DNA from: Saccharolobus solfataricus
GTDB lineage: Archaea; Thermoproteota; Thermoprotei_A; Sulfolobales; Sulfolobaceae
Length of the DNA: 32,000 nucleotides
Assembly: GCF_900079115.1 (NCBI RefSeq)
Contig: NZ_LT549890.1
Coordinates: 60,001-92,000 of the forward strand
Direction of reading: 5' to 3'
Positions 29,644-32,000 of the stretch are shown piece by piece. A program made the position numbers and the translations under genes. The notes beneath the pieces were generated by a model. It made no database searches and was not told the origin of the DNA. It was given only the letters and a program-made list of their open reading frames with translations. Within the stretch, counting starts at the first letter, position 1, and the number at the start of each line of letters is the position of its first letter.

Positions 29644-30339
29644 ATGGTGAAGGAAATCTACAGAGAGAGGATAAAAGTACTTACTGATATATGGAGTTTA
29701 CTAATAGAAAGCTGGGAATCATTGAGTCGTGAAGATGTTATTGAAATTATGAAAAATGCCTATGTCAAGAAAAACATTAAACCGTTTAGAGGGTTTAATG
29801 CAGACGGGTTATATGAGAAAGAGCTAGTAAGCTTGTTTGTCGTAGGAAAATATGGACTAGGTCTTTTCGAAGACAATAAAGAAATATTTGATAAATTACT
29901 ATCTAAGGAGGAATACTATGATGAGATCTCAAAGCTAATAATTAGTGGAAATGTTAATGAAGCCTTTGAAGAGTCTGGCAGTAACAAAGAGGTACTGGCT
30001 AGAGCATTAAGAACAATATTCACCAAGACAGTGTTTTCTTTTGAATCCGAAGATAAACTATATAAATCACTTAAAAATCTAAATATTTCCGACAAAGATG
30101 AGATAAAACATACCTCAAGAAGTTTTTCAAGATTCTATACTGCCTTCAAGCTTGCAGAAAGTATAGCTGAGGGCATTGTTAGGGATAGGTTAACTTATAT
30201 CGCTACTAAAAAGGCTATAGCAATATCAATAGGTATTGAATATCCTTTACCGAAAGCTGATTACGTGGCGCTAATAGCTAAAGAGGTATTTAACGTAAAT
30301 AAGAAGGTATTGAATAAGGTTTTGGGTGTAAAGGTATAA
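29644..30339 (+). CDS. conserved hypothetical protein (helical, 231 aa)
   Basis: The ORF is clean and non-repetitive, with TTATAAAG about 30 nt upstream of the ATG, which looks leaderless. I recognise no catalytic motif. I suspect it belongs to an archaea-specific DUF family but cannot verify that. Confidence 0.6.
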   Translation: MVKEIYRERIKVLTDIWSLLIESWESLSREDVIEIMKNAYVKKNIKPFRGFNADGLYEKELVSLFVVGKYGLGLFEDNKEIFDKLLSKEEYYDEISKLIISGNVNEAFEESGSNKEVLARALRTIFTKTVFSFESEDKLYKSLKNLNISDKDEIKHTSRSFSRFYTAFKLAESIAEGIVRDRLTYIATKKAIAISIGIEYPLPKADYVALIAKEVFNVNKKVLNKVLGVKV

Positions 30340-30380
30340 GCATAGATATTTTAAACTACTAAATAAATTATAATTGAGTT

Positions 30381-31283
30381 ATGCAGAATCTCTCGCCTAC
30401 GCAAAGGGAAATATTGTTAGCACTTACTGATCTATATAATAGGCAAAAAAGAATGATAAAAAGTAAGGAAGTAGCTGACATTATAGGAAAAGATGAGGGA
30501 ACAGTAAGGAACATTATACTAAGCTTAAAAGTATTAGGCCTAGTTGAATCGAAACCCGGACCTAATGGAGGTTACATGCCAACACTAAAAGCATATGAAA
30601 TTATTAATAATCCTACACTAACTCCAATTTTGGATAAACTAAATCTCTATAAAGGGATGATAGAAACTGATATAAAAGTAGAAAATATTGAAATAATTGA
30701 TATTACTAACCCTTCAGCGAATAGGGTTCTCTTAAAGGTAGAGGGAGATCTAAGGAAATTAAAGATAGGAGATGCTGTACGGTTAGGTCCTACACCCTAT
30801 AGTAGGCTGGTTATAGAAGGATTGATATTACACTTAGATGAAAATAGTAAAGAAATCGTAGTAGACGTGAAAAGAATGATAAGTATCCCTAAGGAAAAAG
30901 TCAAAAATCTTATCTCTAAGAAACTCATAGCGTTAAAACCAGAAACTAGCTTAAGAGAAGCCTCCATGATATTCTATAAGGAAGCAATAAGAGGTGCGCC
31001 TGTTATCAACCAAGACGAAAAAGTTGTAGGGATTCTTACTACTGCAGATATAATTAAAGCCTTCTTTGAAGGAAACTATACAGCTAAAGTATCAGACTAT
31101 ATGAAGACCAATGTAATCAGTATAAATGAAAATGAAGACTTGCTAGATGCAATTAGGAAAATGATAATTTATAATGTCGGTAGATTGTTGGTACTTGATA
31201 GTAATAATAAAGCTGTTGGTATTGTAACCAGAACCGATATTTTAAGATCAATTGCTGGTCTAGAAGGTTTGTGGACAACTTGA
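30381..31283 (+). CDS. winged-helix DNA-binding protein fused to a beta-rich middle domain and a C-terminal CBS-domain pair
   Basis: 300 aa. The N-terminus is SPTQREILLALTDLY...EVADIIGKDEGTVRNIILSLKVLGLVESKPGPNGGY (wHTH). The C-terminus has two CBS repeats (GAPVINQDEKVVGILTTADI; LLVLDSNNKAVGIVTRTDIL). Confidence 0.8.
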   Translation: MQNLSPTQREILLALTDLYNRQKRMIKSKEVADIIGKDEGTVRNIILSLKVLGLVESKPGPNGGYMPTLKAYEIINNPTLTPILDKLNLYKGMIETDIKVENIEIIDITNPSANRVLLKVEGDLRKLKIGDAVRLGPTPYSRLVIEGLILHLDENSKEIVVDVKRMISIPKEKVKNLISKKLIALKPETSLREASMIFYKEAIRGAPVINQDEKVVGILTTADIIKAFFEGNYTAKVSDYMKTNVISINENEDLLDAIRKMIIYNVGRLLVLDSNNKAVGIVTRTDILRSIAGLEGLWTT

Positions 31284-31621
31284 AAGAGAAATGTGGAATT
31301 ATTTGTAATAACACTTTCTATGAGTTAAAAAATATAAGTCGTACAGAATACGAATTTATTTGCGATCCGTCTGATTTTTACACTACAGTAAAAGGCAAAT
31401 GTAGTGATGATATACAAGCAATAGTGCACACCCACGAAGAAAGTTGCGAACCCAGTTACAAAGATATTACGTCAATGAAAATATGGAACATTCCTTGGAT
31501 TATTATATCTAAAAAGTGTATAAAAAGTATACTATATTTAAACGGAAGTATACTCGAGCTCGATATTCACTCCCTTCTGTCTCAAGAACTCTACCACTCT
31601 CTCATGAAGCTTCTTCAGTAG
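31271..31621 (+). CDS. minimal JAB/MPN (JAMM) metalloprotease-like protein
   Basis: 116 aa. It has KEKCGII (the ExCG glutamate motif) and VHTHEESCEPSYKD, which fits an HxH-x6-S-x2-D JAMM-type pattern. The GTG start overlaps the end of the CBS gene by 13 nt. The 3' end overlaps the convergent helicase gene by 84 nt. Confidence 0.6.
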   Translation: MDNLKEKCGIICNNTFYELKNISRTEYEFICDPSDFYTTVKGKCSDDIQAIVHTHEESCEPSYKDITSMKIWNIPWIIISKKCIKSILYLNGSILELDIHSLLSQELYHSLMKLLQ

Positions 31622-32000
31622 TTCCCTTCTATCTTCTGCTAGTACTACATCTGAATGCCCTTTAAGAATTATACTATGGGAAAACGGACTGGGAATATTT
31701 GTGGGCCCAAACACATCAACTTTTATTTCTTGACTAGCAATTTTTTTCAGAATCTCCTTAGCTCTTAGTATATCCATATGGTCTTCTAAAATCTCTCTAA
31801 TAGTCTCCTTCATTACTGGGAAATTTCCAATTTCTCTTATAGCCTTTAACAGTATCTCCGAATTTAATTCTCTCCTCTCTAGATTGGTCTCTCTTCCTTT
31901 ATATCTGCGTAATATCATAAACGACCTCTCTGCGCAGTGTCTAAATCTTCTCTTTAGCATTTCTGTCCTCATAACAGCCCTTGTAACAATATCATAGACA
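31538..32000 (-). CDS. C-terminal part of a larger protein, probably an Lhr-type superfamily 2 helicase; the gene continues beyond the right edge of the window
   Basis: The frame stays open upstream of the listed Met, up to position 32000 (..VYDIVTRAVMRTEML..). The product assignment rests on my recollection of the C-terminal domain and of synteny in Sulfolobus, so it is tentative. Confidence 0.5.
   Translation of the reverse strand, partial: VYDIVTRAVMRTEMLKRRFRHCAERSFMILRRYKGRETNLERRELNSEILLKAIREIGNFPVMKETIREILEDHMDILRAKEILKKIASQEIKVDVFGPTNIPSPFSHSIILKGHSDVVLAEDRRELLKKLHERVVEFLRQKGVNIELEYTSV

Noticed and set aside
1-32000. Search for CRISPR arrays, cas genes, IS elements, transposases, integrases, and viral or plasmid genes
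   Set aside because: I saw no regularly spaced direct repeats. I also saw no DDE, serine or tyrosine recombinase-like translations and no terminal inverted repeats bounding a gene block. The window reads as core chromosome.

Overview
This AT-rich window has very tightly packed genes, frequent leaderless-looking starts, and only two GC-rich islands, an intron-containing tRNA-Trp and a stand-alone 5S rRNA. That is typical of a Sulfolobales (Sulfolobus/Saccharolobus-like) crenarchaeal chromosome. From memory, the 5S sequence and the 764-aa divergent family-B polymerase match that group, but I could not run a search to confirm it.

The content is mostly core information processing:
- Ribosomal proteins S4 (partial), S13 and L7Ae.
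- Four aminoacyl-tRNA synthetases: TyrRS, class II LysRS, GluRS and PheRS alpha and beta.
- DnaG primase, PolB3, Pelota, methionine aminopeptidase, a RimI-type acetyltransferase, a site-2 protease, an HD phosphohydrolase, a HAD phosphatase, an aminotransferase and a CinA-like protein.

I see no CRISPR array, transposase, integrase, or recognisable toxin-antitoxin or defence cassette. I cannot honestly claim a clearly novel system. The best candidates for follow-up are:
1. A translationally coupled nucleotidyltransferase / unknown / radical-SAM operon (8825-11052).
2. A block of small uncharacterised genes ending in an HTH-CBS regulator coupled to a minimal JAB/MPN metalloprotease (28836-31621).
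3. An ORF-free spacer of about 840 bp next to the tRNA (13836-14673).
4. A consensus K-turn wrapped around the L7Ae start codon.
5. An alpha/beta hydrolase whose conserved N-terminus has no in-frame start codon.

All product calls come from motif and family recognition in the supplied translations. None has been checked against a database.
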